This document shows, in pieces, positions 29,714-39,146 of a stretch of DNA of 64,000 bases (position 1 is the stretch's first letter; each line of letters begins with the position of its first letter). The stretch lies in the NCBI GenBank assembly GCA_022824865.1, contig JAJDZD010000069.1:495-64494 (forward strand), read 5' to 3'. A program made the position numbers and the translations under genes. The notes under the pieces are model-generated. The model ran no database searches, was not told the origin of the DNA, and saw nothing but the letters and a program-made list of their open reading frames with translations. The DNA is from Chloroflexota bacterium (GTDB taxonomy: Bacteria > Chloroflexota > UBA11872).

Positions 29714-30601
29714 ATGAACGTGGAAATTCGCGACGAGCGCTTCCGGCACGTAGTCGGCGACGACGCTCCCGTTGAGGAAGTGGCCACCGGGTTCGATTTC
29801 ACCGAAGGCGCGGTCTGGAACCACGTTGACGGCTGTCTCATCTTCAGCGACATGCCCGGCAACGTCATGCGCAAGTGGACGGCCTCGGACGGGATTGAGG
29901 TCTTCCGACAGCCCAGCAACATGGCGAACGGCAACACCTACGATCGGCAGGGACGGCTGGTCACCTGCGAACACGCCACCAGCCGCGTCTCGCGCACGGA
30001 GCACGACGGCTCGATCACGGTACTGGCCACGCACTACAACGGCAGGGAGTTGAACAGCCCTAACGACGTGATCGTCAAGAGCGACGGCGCGATCTACTTC
30101 AGCGATCCGTCGTTCGGGCGCATGGAGTACTACGGCGTGGCCCGCGACGTAGAGCTTGACTTCCGCGGCGTGTACCGGCTCGATCCCGAGAGCGGCGCGC
30201 TCCGGCTGCTGGTGGACGACTTCGACCAGCCCAACGGCCTCACCTTTTCGCTGGACGATCAGCGGTTGTTCGTCAACGACACCATGCGCGGGCACATCCG
30301 CATGTTCGACGTTAATACCGACGGTGGACTGTCCGATGGCGGGGTCTGGGCCGAGCTCACCGGCGACCGCGAAGGACTGGCTGACGGCATGAAGATCGAC
30401 ACCGAGGGCAACCTGTACACAAGCGGCCCGGGCGGCATTCAGGTGTTTACGCCGGACGCGACTTGCCTCGGTGTAATCCACGTGCCGCAGGGCGTTGCCA
30501 ACTTCACCTGGGGGGACGACGATCTGCGCAGCTTGTTCATCAATGCGGGGTCAGCGCTCTATCGCACGCGAGTCAATGTCCCGGGCCGCACGCTGTTTTG
30601 A
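29714..30601 (+). CDS. SMP-30/gluconolactonase/LRE-like (regucalcin) family protein
   Basis: Six-bladed propeller pattern. FSDMPGN, NSPNDVIVKSDGAIYFSDP and ADGMKIDTEGNLY are typical of gluconolactonase/SMP-30. Confidence 0.8.
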   Translation: MNVEIRDERFRHVVGDDAPVEEVATGFDFTEGAVWNHVDGCLIFSDMPGNVMRKWTASDGIEVFRQPSNMANGNTYDRQGRLVTCEHATSRVSRTEHDGSITVLATHYNGRELNSPNDVIVKSDGAIYFSDPSFGRMEYYGVARDVELDFRGVYRLDPESGALRLLVDDFDQPNGLTFSLDDQRLFVNDTMRGHIRMFDVNTDGGLSDGGVWAELTGDREGLADGMKIDTEGNLYTSGPGGIQVFTPDATCLGVIHVPQGVANFTWGDDDLRSLFINAGSALYRTRVNVPGRTLF

Positions 30602-30698
30602 GGCCGCAATGACCTCAAACATGTTGCTGATTTCTCGGCTCCGGCGTTCTGTGCCGGTACCGCGGAGGCCTAACCGTTCGAATGCGACTACATGCACC

Positions 30699-31907
30699 AT
30701 GGCAGTCCGTGTCCTCGCGACGCTTCTTCTCGCAACGGTGTTCGCGACCTGCGGCGAGACAGCGCCGGCCGAACCGCTGAAACTCGGCCTGCTGACCTAT
30801 ATCAGCGAGGGTTCCGCACAGAACGCCAAGGATCGGCAGCGCGCGTTCCACCTCGCCATTGCCCACCTGAACCAGGCTGGCGGGGTGTTCGGACGCCCCG
30901 TCGAATCCGTAGTGGCTGACACCAAACTGGATCCGGACACGGCGGTGGCCGAGGCGCGCCGCCTCATTGAAGACGAAGGCGTGCACGGAGTCGTGGGCCC
31001 CAGCTCCAGCGCCAACTCGTTTCCGGTGGCTGAGCAGGTGGCCGGGCCGTCCGGGATTCCCTTCATCAGTCCGGCCGCGGGCACATCTCGTCTGACCGAG
31101 GCTGATGACAACGACTTCTTTTTCCGCCTCACGCTGTCCCAACGGGCGTACGGACCGGCATTGGCGCAGTTGACCCGTGAGCGTGGATTTCAAAACGTTG
31201 GTGTGCTCTACCGCGACGACCTCTGGGGCCAGGGACTGGCTGAGACGTTTGCGCAAGCCTGGGACGGTCCCCTTCAGTCAGTCGCCGTTGAGATTGGCCA
31301 GACCGGCATGGCCGACGCCGTGCGCGAGTCCGCTGTCGGTGGTGCGGAGGCGCTCGTCGTCATGTTATTCCCGGACGAAGCGGTAGTGGCGGTCCGCGAG
31401 GCGTTGGAGCTTGGCGTCTATGAGCGGTTTGTGTGGGGCAGTGCGCTGCGAAACCTTGATCTGGTCAATGCCATCGGCGCGGACGCGCTGGCCGATACCT
31501 ACGGCATCGGATCGTCCGCTCCGGGCGAACTCGCGCCGGCATGGGAGGCCTCGTTTATCGAGGCCTACGGCGAACCTCCGGTCGGCAGCTTTGCCCTGGA
31601 GGTCTATGACGCCACCATTGCCCTGGCCCTGGCGGCGCAGGCCGGCAATAGCACCAACGGCGCAGTCATTCGCGATCATCTGCGCGCCGTTGGCTCTCCA
31701 CCGGGGGAGTCCATCGAACCCGGACCGGACGGGGTGGCCCGCGCGCTGGCGGCGCTGGCTGATGGCGGAGAGATCGTCTTCAGCGGCGCCTCCGGTCCGC
31801 TGGAATGGGACGCCAATGGCGACCTGCGCCGAGGTCACCTTGGGGTCTGGCGCTACACCGCCGACGGTCGGATTGAGCACGTACGTGAAATACTCCACGA
31901 GTCCTGA
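30699..31907 (+). CDS. ABC-transporter-type periplasmic solute-binding lipoprotein (type I PBP, Leu/Ile/Val-binding-like)
   Basis: Lipoprotein signal (LLLATVFATCGE). PBP1 fold blocks are VHGVVGPSSS and FFFRLT. No permease or ATPase genes adjacent. Confidence 0.75.
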   Translation: MAVRVLATLLLATVFATCGETAPAEPLKLGLLTYISEGSAQNAKDRQRAFHLAIAHLNQAGGVFGRPVESVVADTKLDPDTAVAEARRLIEDEGVHGVVGPSSSANSFPVAEQVAGPSGIPFISPAAGTSRLTEADDNDFFFRLTLSQRAYGPALAQLTRERGFQNVGVLYRDDLWGQGLAETFAQAWDGPLQSVAVEIGQTGMADAVRESAVGGAEALVVMLFPDEAVVAVREALELGVYERFVWGSALRNLDLVNAIGADALADTYGIGSSAPGELAPAWEASFIEAYGEPPVGSFALEVYDATIALALAAQAGNSTNGAVIRDHLRAVGSPPGESIEPGPDGVARALAALADGGEIVFSGASGPLEWDANGDLRRGHLGVWRYTADGRIEHVREILHES

Positions 31908-31943
31908 CGTTCGATAACGCGGGTGAACGTGCCGGGGCGGAGG

Positions 31944-33263
31944 ATGTTCAAGTTGCGCAATGGCATCGAAACGTATGACGGGCAAGCCGGTGCAAGTCCC
32001 GCAGTCTGCACGGGTCGGCTCGCCCCCGGATTTCCGCGTGCGTCCGCGGCGGTTGCAAGGGTGCTGGCGTTGGTTTTTCTCATGGCCGGTCTCAGCACTT
32101 GCGGCGAAGCAGCGCCAGTGGAACCGCTGAAGCTCGGGCTGCTGACATACATCAGCGCCGGAACGCCCCAAAACGCCCAAGACCGTCAACGGGCATTTGA
32201 GCTGGCGATCACGCACCTCAACCAGGCCGGCGGGGTCTTTGGACAGCCGGTAGAGACTGCGGTGGCCGACACCGCGCTTGATCCCGACACCGCCGTGGCC
32301 GAGGCCCGGCGCCTGATTGATGACGAGGGCGTGCATGCGCTGGTCGGTCCCAGCACAAGCGCCAACGCACTTCCGGTTGCTGAGAAGGTGTCCGGACCGG
32401 CCCGGGTGCCGCTGATTAGTCCGTCAGCTACGTCTCCGACTCTGACCGACGCCGAGGACGACGATTTCTTCTTTCGCGCCACGCTCTCGGACCTGGCGCA
32501 AGGACCGGTGCTGGCCCGGATTGCCCGCCAGCGTGGATTCGAGAACGTGGGCGTCATCTATCGAAACGACCTTTGGGGACGGGGCCTCGCCAGCGCCTTC
32601 GAAGGCGCCTGGGACGGCTCGGTTCGTTCCGTTGCCAGCGAACCCGGCCAGACCAGCTTTGCCGATGCTCTGCGCGAGTCCGCGGCCGGCGGCGCCCAGG
32701 CCCTGATTGTGATCTTGTTCCAGACGGAGGCGATTGCTGCCGTTCGCGAAGCCCTGGACCAAGACGTTTACGATCGGTTCGTACTTGGCGACGCCCTCAA
32801 GAACACCGAGCTGATCGAAGCGATTGGAGCTGACGCGCTGGCTGGTACCTACGGCGCCGGTACCGCGGTTCAGGCGGACAGCGAGTCCTCAGCTGCCTGG
32901 ATGGCGGCCTGGCTCGACACGTACGGGGAGCCGCCAAAGGGCTCGTATGTTCGCGAGGTCTACGACGCCACCATTGCCCTGGCGCTGGCCGCCCAGGCCG
33001 CCAACAGCACCGACGGCGTTGCGATCCGTGACCGGCTGCGCTCAATCGGCGTCGAGCCCGGCCAGCCGGTCGTCGCCGGGCCAGAAGGAGTCGCCCGTGC
33101 GCTGGAGACGTTGGCCGAGAGCGGTGAAGTCATCTACCAGGGCGCCTCCGGCACGCTCGCCTGGAACGCCGACGGCGACCTCGCGCAGGGCCACGTCGGC
33201 ATCTGGCGCTTCAAGGCCGACGGGCAGATCGAAGACATGGAGGCCGTTCCGTACCCTAGTTAG
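31944..33263 (+). CDS. ABC-transporter-type periplasmic solute-binding lipoprotein, tandem paralogue
   Basis: Collinear with 30699-31907 over nearly all blocks (EPLKLGLLTYIS, QDRQRAF, VYDATIALALAAQA). Lipobox LSTCGE. Start codon uncertain (ATG 31944 or a downstream GTG). Confidence 0.75.
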   Translation: MFKLRNGIETYDGQAGASPAVCTGRLAPGFPRASAAVARVLALVFLMAGLSTCGEAAPVEPLKLGLLTYISAGTPQNAQDRQRAFELAITHLNQAGGVFGQPVETAVADTALDPDTAVAEARRLIDDEGVHALVGPSTSANALPVAEKVSGPARVPLISPSATSPTLTDAEDDDFFFRATLSDLAQGPVLARIARQRGFENVGVIYRNDLWGRGLASAFEGAWDGSVRSVASEPGQTSFADALRESAAGGAQALIVILFQTEAIAAVREALDQDVYDRFVLGDALKNTELIEAIGADALAGTYGAGTAVQADSESSAAWMAAWLDTYGEPPKGSYVREVYDATIALALAAQAANSTDGVAIRDRLRSIGVEPGQPVVAGPEGVARALETLAESGEVIYQGASGTLAWNADGDLAQGHVGIWRFKADGQIEDMEAVPYPS

Positions 33264-33471
33264 AGTCTCCGACTGGACGAGAGGCCAGACCGACATTGCT
33301 GGCCTCGGGATGCGCTCTAAGGATGCGTTCAGCCCCGGAACTCCGGCGACGAATTGATCGCGGATGTAGCGCCACATTCACGCTCTAAAGGGCAGCGGCC
33401 GCTCGACAAGCCAGCTAGGCTGAATGCCGAACGACGAGCCGATCCGACGCCCCGGCAAGGAGCCTGTTCCT

Positions 33472-34464
33472 GTGAGCACTTCACCTTTGCGCATGGTTCA
33501 GTGGGGGACCAAGCATCCCCACGCGTCGGGCTGGCTGAGCGTGATGCTGGACAACCCGGACGTCGAAGTGGTTGGCGTCTACGAGGACGACACCGACCGC
33601 CGGCAAGAGCTCGAAGCCAGCGGCAACGCGCCCTGGACCCAATCGAACTGGCTCGACGATCTGAGCGCCGTGCTCGGCGATGACAGCATTGATGCCGTCG
33701 CGGCCGAGGGTGACAACTCGGAGAACCTTCAGCAGGGCGAGGCCGTCATCGCGGCCGGCCGCCATTTGCTGCTGGACAAGCCGGCCGGGCACGACCTGCC
33801 GCGCTGGGAACGCGTACTTGCGTCGGCCGCCGAGCAGGACCTCTACATCCAGCTTGGCTACATGTTTCGCCACCACGACGGCTACCAGCGCATTGCCAAC
33901 TGGGCCCGAAGCGGAATGTTGGGCGACATCTTTGCCATCCGCGCCCACATGTCCACGTACGTCGAGCCGTCCACCCACTCCCTGCTGGCCAGCTTTGCCG
34001 GCGGCGTGTTCTATGACCTGTGCGGCCACGTGCTGGATCAGGTCGTCTGGACGCTGGGACGGCCTGACCGGGTGACGCCGTTCATGCAGCGAGTCCGGCC
34101 CCAGAGCGGATTCGTGGACAACGGCGTGGCTGTCCTGGAGTACCCGGGGGCGCTGGCGATTGTCGACATTGCCGGGCTTGAAGTTCCGACTCGGCCGCGC
34201 CGCTATGAGGTCTACGGATCGCGCGGCTGGGCCATTATGGAGCCCATGGAACCCGCGCAGACAGTCCGGCTGTCGCTGGACAGCGCGCGCGACGGTTTCC
34301 GGGAAGGCGAGCAAACGATGACGCTCGAGGCCCGGCCGCGCTACGTGGCCAGCCTGGAGGCCTTCGTTCGCACGCTGCGCGGCGAGCAGGCGCCGGAACG
34401 ATCGCTCGAACACGAGCGCGTTGTGCAGGAAACCGTCATGCGTGCCACCGGCGCCATCGACTGA
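33472..34464 (+). CDS. Gfo/Idh/MocA family oxidoreductase (divergent, degenerate Rossmann motif)
   Basis: GFOR-type N-terminal Rossmann domain and C-terminal alpha/beta domain, with the glycine-rich loop replaced by VQWGTKHPHASGW. GTG 33472 has AAGGAG 9 nt upstream. The track ORF starts at 33424. Confidence 0.65.
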   Translation: MSTSPLRMVQWGTKHPHASGWLSVMLDNPDVEVVGVYEDDTDRRQELEASGNAPWTQSNWLDDLSAVLGDDSIDAVAAEGDNSENLQQGEAVIAAGRHLLLDKPAGHDLPRWERVLASAAEQDLYIQLGYMFRHHDGYQRIANWARSGMLGDIFAIRAHMSTYVEPSTHSLLASFAGGVFYDLCGHVLDQVVWTLGRPDRVTPFMQRVRPQSGFVDNGVAVLEYPGALAIVDIAGLEVPTRPRRYEVYGSRGWAIMEPMEPAQTVRLSLDSARDGFREGEQTMTLEARPRYVASLEAFVRTLRGEQAPERSLEHERVVQETVMRATGAID

Positions 34465-34486
34465 ACCTGCGGATCGGGCTGTTGGC

Positions 34487-35428
34487 CTAGTTCCCCAGCC
34501 CCAGCGCCAGCCCGCCGAAGGTTTCCTCTAGCCGTGCCCGGTCCTCAGGCGGCAGCGGCCCCCGAGCCATGGCGGCTACGTTCGCGTCCAGGTGGTCCGG
34601 GTTGGCGGTGCCCGTCAGCACGGTTGAAATCGCGCTCGGCTCCAGGACGAATCGATACGCCGCCTCCGGCACCGACTCCACGTCGCCGTGCACCAACCAG
34701 CCCAACGGGTCGTCGTCAGGCAGCGCGTCGGCCGCCAGGTGCCCCTCGGCCTTGAGTTCGGCAATGACTTCGCGCAGACGCGCCGGGTTACCCAGCGCCC
34801 GGCGCACGGCGATCATCACAATCAAGCCAATGTCGGCGGCTTCGGCCGCATCCAGCACGTCCTGCTCGGCCGTCTGGTGCAGCAGGTTGTAGCCGACCAT
34901 GAAGGCGTCGAAGTGCCCGTCGGCGGCCATACGCTTGAAAGTCTCGTGGTGGACGTCGTCATGCGCCTGCTCGGTCACGCCGAGGAAACCGACCTTGCCG
35001 GCGCGCTGAGCTTCCAGGAGAACAGGCAGGTGCTGCTCGATGATCGCGTCGTACCGATCAGGCATCAGACCATGCACCTGGATCACGTCGATGTAATCCA
35101 GGCCCAGGCGCTCCAGGCTGCTGTCGATTGACGCCTGCACGCCCTCGGGACTCTTCAACTCCTTGTCGGCAAGCGGGCTGTATTTCGTGGCCACGATGAA
35201 GTCGTCGCGAGAGAGGCCGGCCAGCCCGTGTCCCAGCAGGATCTCGCTGTCGCCGTAGCTGGCCGCCGTGTCGAAGAAGTTGATCCCGTGGTCCAGCGCC
35301 CGTCGGACCAGGCGACGGGCGTCGTCCACGGTGGCGCCGCGATTCTGTCCCATCTTGCTGGGGCCGCCCGTCCCCAGGCTGGCGAGTGACACGCGCAAAT
35401 CCGTACGGCCGAGGCGCCGGTACTCCAT
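34487..35428 (-). CDS. aldo/keto reductase family oxidoreductase
   Basis: YRRLGRTDLRVS, FFDTAASYG and IQVHG blocks. I chose the start at MEYRRLG (ATG 35428) with an AGGAGA RBS. Confidence 0.85.
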   Translation of the reverse strand: MEYRRLGRTDLRVSLASLGTGGPSKMGQNRGATVDDARRLVRRALDHGINFFDTAASYGDSEILLGHGLAGLSRDDFIVATKYSPLADKELKSPEGVQASIDSSLERLGLDYIDVIQVHGLMPDRYDAIIEQHLPVLLEAQRAGKVGFLGVTEQAHDDVHHETFKRMAADGHFDAFMVGYNLLHQTAEQDVLDAAEAADIGLIVMIAVRRALGNPARLREVIAELKAEGHLAADALPDDDPLGWLVHGDVESVPEAAYRFVLEPSAISTVLTGTANPDHLDANVAAMARGPLPPEDRARLEETFGGLALGLGN

Positions 35429-35590
35429 TGAGCTATCTCCTGACGTCCTGGTGGGCCTGAAACATAGCGCGAGTAATGCAATCACGATGGCTCCCGGCGC
35501 CGGTTGACTTTAGATCGGATTGGAATATCCTTGGTTAGACCACCCCACCTGGGGTGGGGTCAAGCGGGCGCCTCTGCCCGAGGACAATCA

Positions 35591-35965
35591 ATGGATCACG
35601 AGACCCGCAGCCTCCTCAACCGCTGGAAATCAATCCAGGGCCATGCCCGGGCGGTCGAGAAAATGCTCGAAGACGACGCCTATTGCGTGGACGTTCTCAA
35701 GCAGACCCTGGCCATCCAGGGCGCGATCGAGAAAGTCAATGCTGGTGTCCTGGAGCGCCACCTTCGGACCTGCGTCACCACCGCCATCGCCTCGGAAGAT
35801 CCGGCCGAACGCGAGCGGGTGATCGCGGAACTGATGGACGTGTTCAAGGGGACAGGTCACCTGCGGCGCGTGGCCTCGGCCGGCGAAGCAATCGAGCGAG
35901 TCGCCGCCACCCTGAACGCCGCTGACAGCCCGCGACACGGCCACGGAAACGGTGCGGACGCATGA
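35591..35965 (+). CDS. csoR: CsoR/RcnR family metal-sensing transcriptional repressor
   Basis: [42 protein letters not shown] matches the DUF156/CsoR helix bundle with its Cys/His ligands. Stop overlaps the copA start (ATGA). Confidence 0.75.
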   Translation: MDHETRSLLNRWKSIQGHARAVEKMLEDDAYCVDVLKQTLAIQGAIEKVNAGVLERHLRTCVTTAIASEDPAERERVIAELMDVFKGTGHLRRVASAGEAIERVAATLNAADSPRHGHGNGADA

Positions 35966-38433
35966 CGCTCGCTACTGAACGGCCACTCACCCTGCCGCTG
36001 AGCGGCTTGCACTGCGTCGCCTGCGTCGGCCGAGTCGAGCAGGCCGTCGCGGAAGTCGACGGCGTTGTTGAAGCCACGGTCAATCTCGCGGACGAGATGC
36101 TGACCGTCCGTTCCGATCAAGATCTCACGGCAGCGGCGGTCGTCGCTGCCGTCGAGGCTGCGGGCTACGAAGTACCGGCGGCTGAACGCACGCTCCAGGT
36201 CGAGGGCATGCACTGCACCTCGTGCGTGGGCCAGGTCGAGAAAGCCATTCTGGATGTTCCCGGGGTGCTTGACGCATCCGTGAATCTGGCTTCCGGCCAG
36301 GCCCTCGTACGACACGCCCTGGGCCAGGCCGAGCATGGCGTGCTGCGCGCGGCCGTGGAGCGTGCCGGCTTCAGCGTGCTCGAAACCGCGGCGCCCAGCG
36401 AGACGTCTGCTGGCACTGCCGCCTCGGACGGAGGGCTGGAGGCGCGACGCCGGCGCGAACGTCGCTGGCTGGGGATTCAGGCCGCCTTCGCGCTCGGCGT
36501 CGGGGCCCTGGCGATGTGGGGGGCGGTGGAATTCATCCCGTGGGCGCCGGAGGTCCTCGGCAACCCCTGGGTGGTGCTGGTGCTCGTGACGCCGGTTCAG
36601 TTCTGGTCCGGCTGGTCGTTCTATCGAGGCGCCTGGTTGGCGGCGCGACGCGCGAGCACCGATATGAACACGCTGGTAGCCATCGCAACCAGTGCCGCGT
36701 ACGGCTACAGCCTCGTAGTCACCGCGTGGCCGGGGCTGTTGAGCGATGTTGCGGGGGCCGACGTGCACTACTTCGAAGCCTCCGCGGTCATCATCGGGCT
36801 GGTTCTGCTGGGCCGCTACTTCGAGATGGGTGCCCGAGCCCGGGTCTCCGCTGCAATTCAGCGGCTGCTGGACCTGAGGGCCAGGACGGCTCGCGTGGAG
36901 CGGGACGGGCGAACTCTCGAAGTCGCGTTGGACGACGTTCGGCTTGACGACGTGGTCGTGGTACGCCCGGGCGAGAAGATTCCCGTGGACGGCCGGGTGC
37001 TCGAAGGTGCGTCCGCTCTGGACGAATCGATGATCACCGGCGAGAGCATTCCGGTGGAGAAGGGGCCGAGCGACGAAGTGATCGGCGCCACGCTCAACAC
37101 AACGGGCAGCCTGCGCGTTCGCCCCACTCGCCTCGGCCAGGACTCGATGCTGGCGCAGATCATCGCCCTGGTTGAACGGGCCCAGACCTCCAAGGCGCCG
37201 GTGCAGCGGCTGGCGGACTGGGTCGCGGCGCGGTTCGTACCGACGGTCATCGCCATTGCACTGGTCACCTTGGGCGTGTGGCTGGCCGTTGGTCCGGACC
37301 CGCGGTTCACGTACGCGCTGGTCGCCATGGTTTCGGTGCTGCTCATCGCGTGTCCCTGTGCCCTCGGCATCGCCACGCCTACCGCCATCATGGTTGGCGT
37401 CGGCAAGGGCGCTGAGATGGGCGTCCTGGTGCGCAGCGGCGAAGCGCTGGAGACGACCGGACGCGTCGATACCGTGGTGCTGGACAAGACCGGCACGATT
37501 ACCAGCGGCCGAGCCGAGGTCACGGACGTCATTCCGCTCAATGGCGAGCCCGAGTCGGAAATCCTGCGCTTAATCGGCTCGGCCGAGCGTGACTCCGAAC
37601 ACCCGATCGGTCAGGCCATTGTGCACAACGCCGCTGAGCGCGGCATTGAACTATCGCAGGCTGGCCAGTTCCGGTCGGTAACGGGCGGCGGCGTGCAGGC
37701 GGTGGTCAACGAACGCCAGGTCCTGGTGGGTACGGCCGGCCTGCTGGCGGACGCCGGTGTGCCGGTCGAATCCGCGGCGCACCGTGGCGAGGAGTTGGCT
37801 GCACAGGGTCGAACGGCGGTCTACGCGGCAGTCGACGGCGAGCTGGCTGGCCTCGTAGCGCTGGCCGACGCGCCGCGTTCCGAAGCCGCCGCAGCGATTG
37901 CACAGTTGCGAGACCTGGGCCTGCGCGTGCTGATGGTCACCGGCGACCGCGACGCGCCGGCACAGGCCATAGCTCGGCAGGTCGGAGTGGACGAGGTGCG
38001 GGCGGAAGTTCGGCCAAGCGACAAGGCCGCCATCGTGCGGGAGCTGCAGGCCGCGGGGAATCGAGTGGCCGTCGTCGGTGACGGCATCAACGACGCGCCC
38101 GCGCTGGCCCAGGCCGACCTGGGCATCGCGATGGGCACCGGAACCGACATCGCCATGGAAGCCGGCGACATCACCCTGGTGCGCGGCAACCTTGACGATG
38201 CGGTCACCGCTATACGCCTCAGCCGCGCCACCATGCGCACCATCCGGCAGAACCTGTTCTGGGCCTTCGCCTACAACGTGGCCCTCATTCCGGTCGCGGC
38301 CGGCGTGCTGTATCCCGTGTGGGGGCTTCAACTCAGTCCGATGTTGGCCGCGGCCGCCATGGCCTTCAGCGACCTTTCGGTCGTCGCAAACTCCCTCCGC
38401 CTACGTCGTTTCAGACGCATCTGCAGGCATTGA
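35962..38433 (+). CDS. copA: copper-translocating P1B-type ATPase with two N-terminal HMA domains
   Basis: [11 protein letters not shown] and [11 protein letters not shown] are HMA domains. CPC in TM6. [20 protein letters not shown]. Confidence 0.95.
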   Translation: MTLATERPLTLPLSGLHCVACVGRVEQAVAEVDGVVEATVNLADEMLTVRSDQDLTAAAVVAAVEAAGYEVPAAERTLQVEGMHCTSCVGQVEKAILDVPGVLDASVNLASGQALVRHALGQAEHGVLRAAVERAGFSVLETAAPSETSAGTAASDGGLEARRRRERRWLGIQAAFALGVGALAMWGAVEFIPWAPEVLGNPWVVLVLVTPVQFWSGWSFYRGAWLAARRASTDMNTLVAIATSAAYGYSLVVTAWPGLLSDVAGADVHYFEASAVIIGLVLLGRYFEMGARARVSAAIQRLLDLRARTARVERDGRTLEVALDDVRLDDVVVVRPGEKIPVDGRVLEGASALDESMITGESIPVEKGPSDEVIGATLNTTGSLRVRPTRLGQDSMLAQIIALVERAQTSKAPVQRLADWVAARFVPTVIAIALVTLGVWLAVGPDPRFTYALVAMVSVLLIACPCALGIATPTAIMVGVGKGAEMGVLVRSGEALETTGRVDTVVLDKTGTITSGRAEVTDVIPLNGEPESEILRLIGSAERDSEHPIGQAIVHNAAERGIELSQAGQFRSVTGGGVQAVVNERQVLVGTAGLLADAGVPVESAAHRGEELAAQGRTAVYAAVDGELAGLVALADAPRSEAAAAIAQLRDLGLRVLMVTGDRDAPAQAIARQVGVDEVRAEVRPSDKAAIVRELQAAGNRVAVVGDGINDAPALAQADLGIAMGTGTDIAMEAGDITLVRGNLDDAVTAIRLSRATMRTIRQNLFWAFAYNVALIPVAAGVLYPVWGLQLSPMLAAAAMAFSDLSVVANSLRLRRFRRICRH

Positions 38434-38531
38434 CTCGCATCTAATTGACAACTTACCGCGTCTACCCTAGTATCAAGTGATGTTCTAAATTGGTCGATGT
38501 GCGTAAGATTAGCAAGTGCTTTATGGAACTC

Positions 38532-38545
38532 TTAGCCAATGCTAA
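38532..38545. promoter_or_regulatory. 14 bp palindrome TTAGCCAATGCTAA in the AT-rich ferritin upstream region (candidate metal-regulator operator)
   Basis: Perfect inverted arms TTAGC/GCTAA. A related half-site TTAGCAAGTGCT lies 20 bp upstream. Arms resemble DtxR/IdeR iron-box ends. Lies about 85 bp upstream of the ferritin start. Confidence 0.3.
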
Positions 38546-38628
38546 TCCTCGTCGTATGATCGCCTAATGAATGTATTTAGACGCTGCTCCAGGCAGCGTC
38601 TGACTTCCGGGAGGGGACGGCGGTGACC

Positions 38629-39132
38629 ATGAGAAAGAGTCTGGCAGCGGCGCTGAATGACCAGATCAACCACGAGTTCAGCGCGGCCTATGTCTACCTG
38701 GGCATGGCCGCCTACTTCGAGACGCTCGACCTCGGCGGCTTCGCTGGCTGGATGCGCGCCCAGAGCGAGGAAGAGTGGGGCCACGGCATGCGCATCTACG
38801 AACACTTGGCGGCGCGCGATGTCCCGGTCACGCTAAGCGGACTGGACCAGGCCGAAACCGAATATGACGGCCCCGAATCGGTCATTGCCAGCGCACTCGA
38901 CCTTGAGCAGGGCACCACGCGCTCCATCAACGCCGTCTATGCCCGGTCGCTGGAACAGGGGGACTTCCAGGCCAAGGCGATGCTGGACTGGTTCGTTGAC
39001 GAGCAGACGGAAGAAGAGGACACCCTCCGCACGCTGCTCAGCCAGGTCAAGATCGCCGGTGACGAAGGCGCGGCCCTGTTGATCCTTGACCGTGAGTTGG
39101 CGGGTCGCCATTCGGCGAACGGTGGGGCGTAG
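38629..39132 (+). CDS. ftn: bacterial non-heme ferritin
   Basis: Ferritin di-iron ligand pattern (E...EEEWGHG...E..). GGGAGG RBS before ATG 38629. Confidence 0.85.
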   Translation: MRKSLAAALNDQINHEFSAAYVYLGMAAYFETLDLGGFAGWMRAQSEEEWGHGMRIYEHLAARDVPVTLSGLDQAETEYDGPESVIASALDLEQGTTRSINAVYARSLEQGDFQAKAMLDWFVDEQTEEEDTLRTLLSQVKIAGDEGAALLILDRELAGRHSANGGA

Positions 39133-39146
39133 ATCGACGAGGTCGG

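Noticed and set aside
38580-38600. Hairpin GACGCTGC-TCCAG-GCAGCGTC as the copA terminator
   Set aside because: It lies 150 nt after the copA stop and directly before the ferritin RBS, with no U-tract. It more likely belongs to the ferritin 5' UTR or operator. It is discussed under the csoR-copA finding instead.
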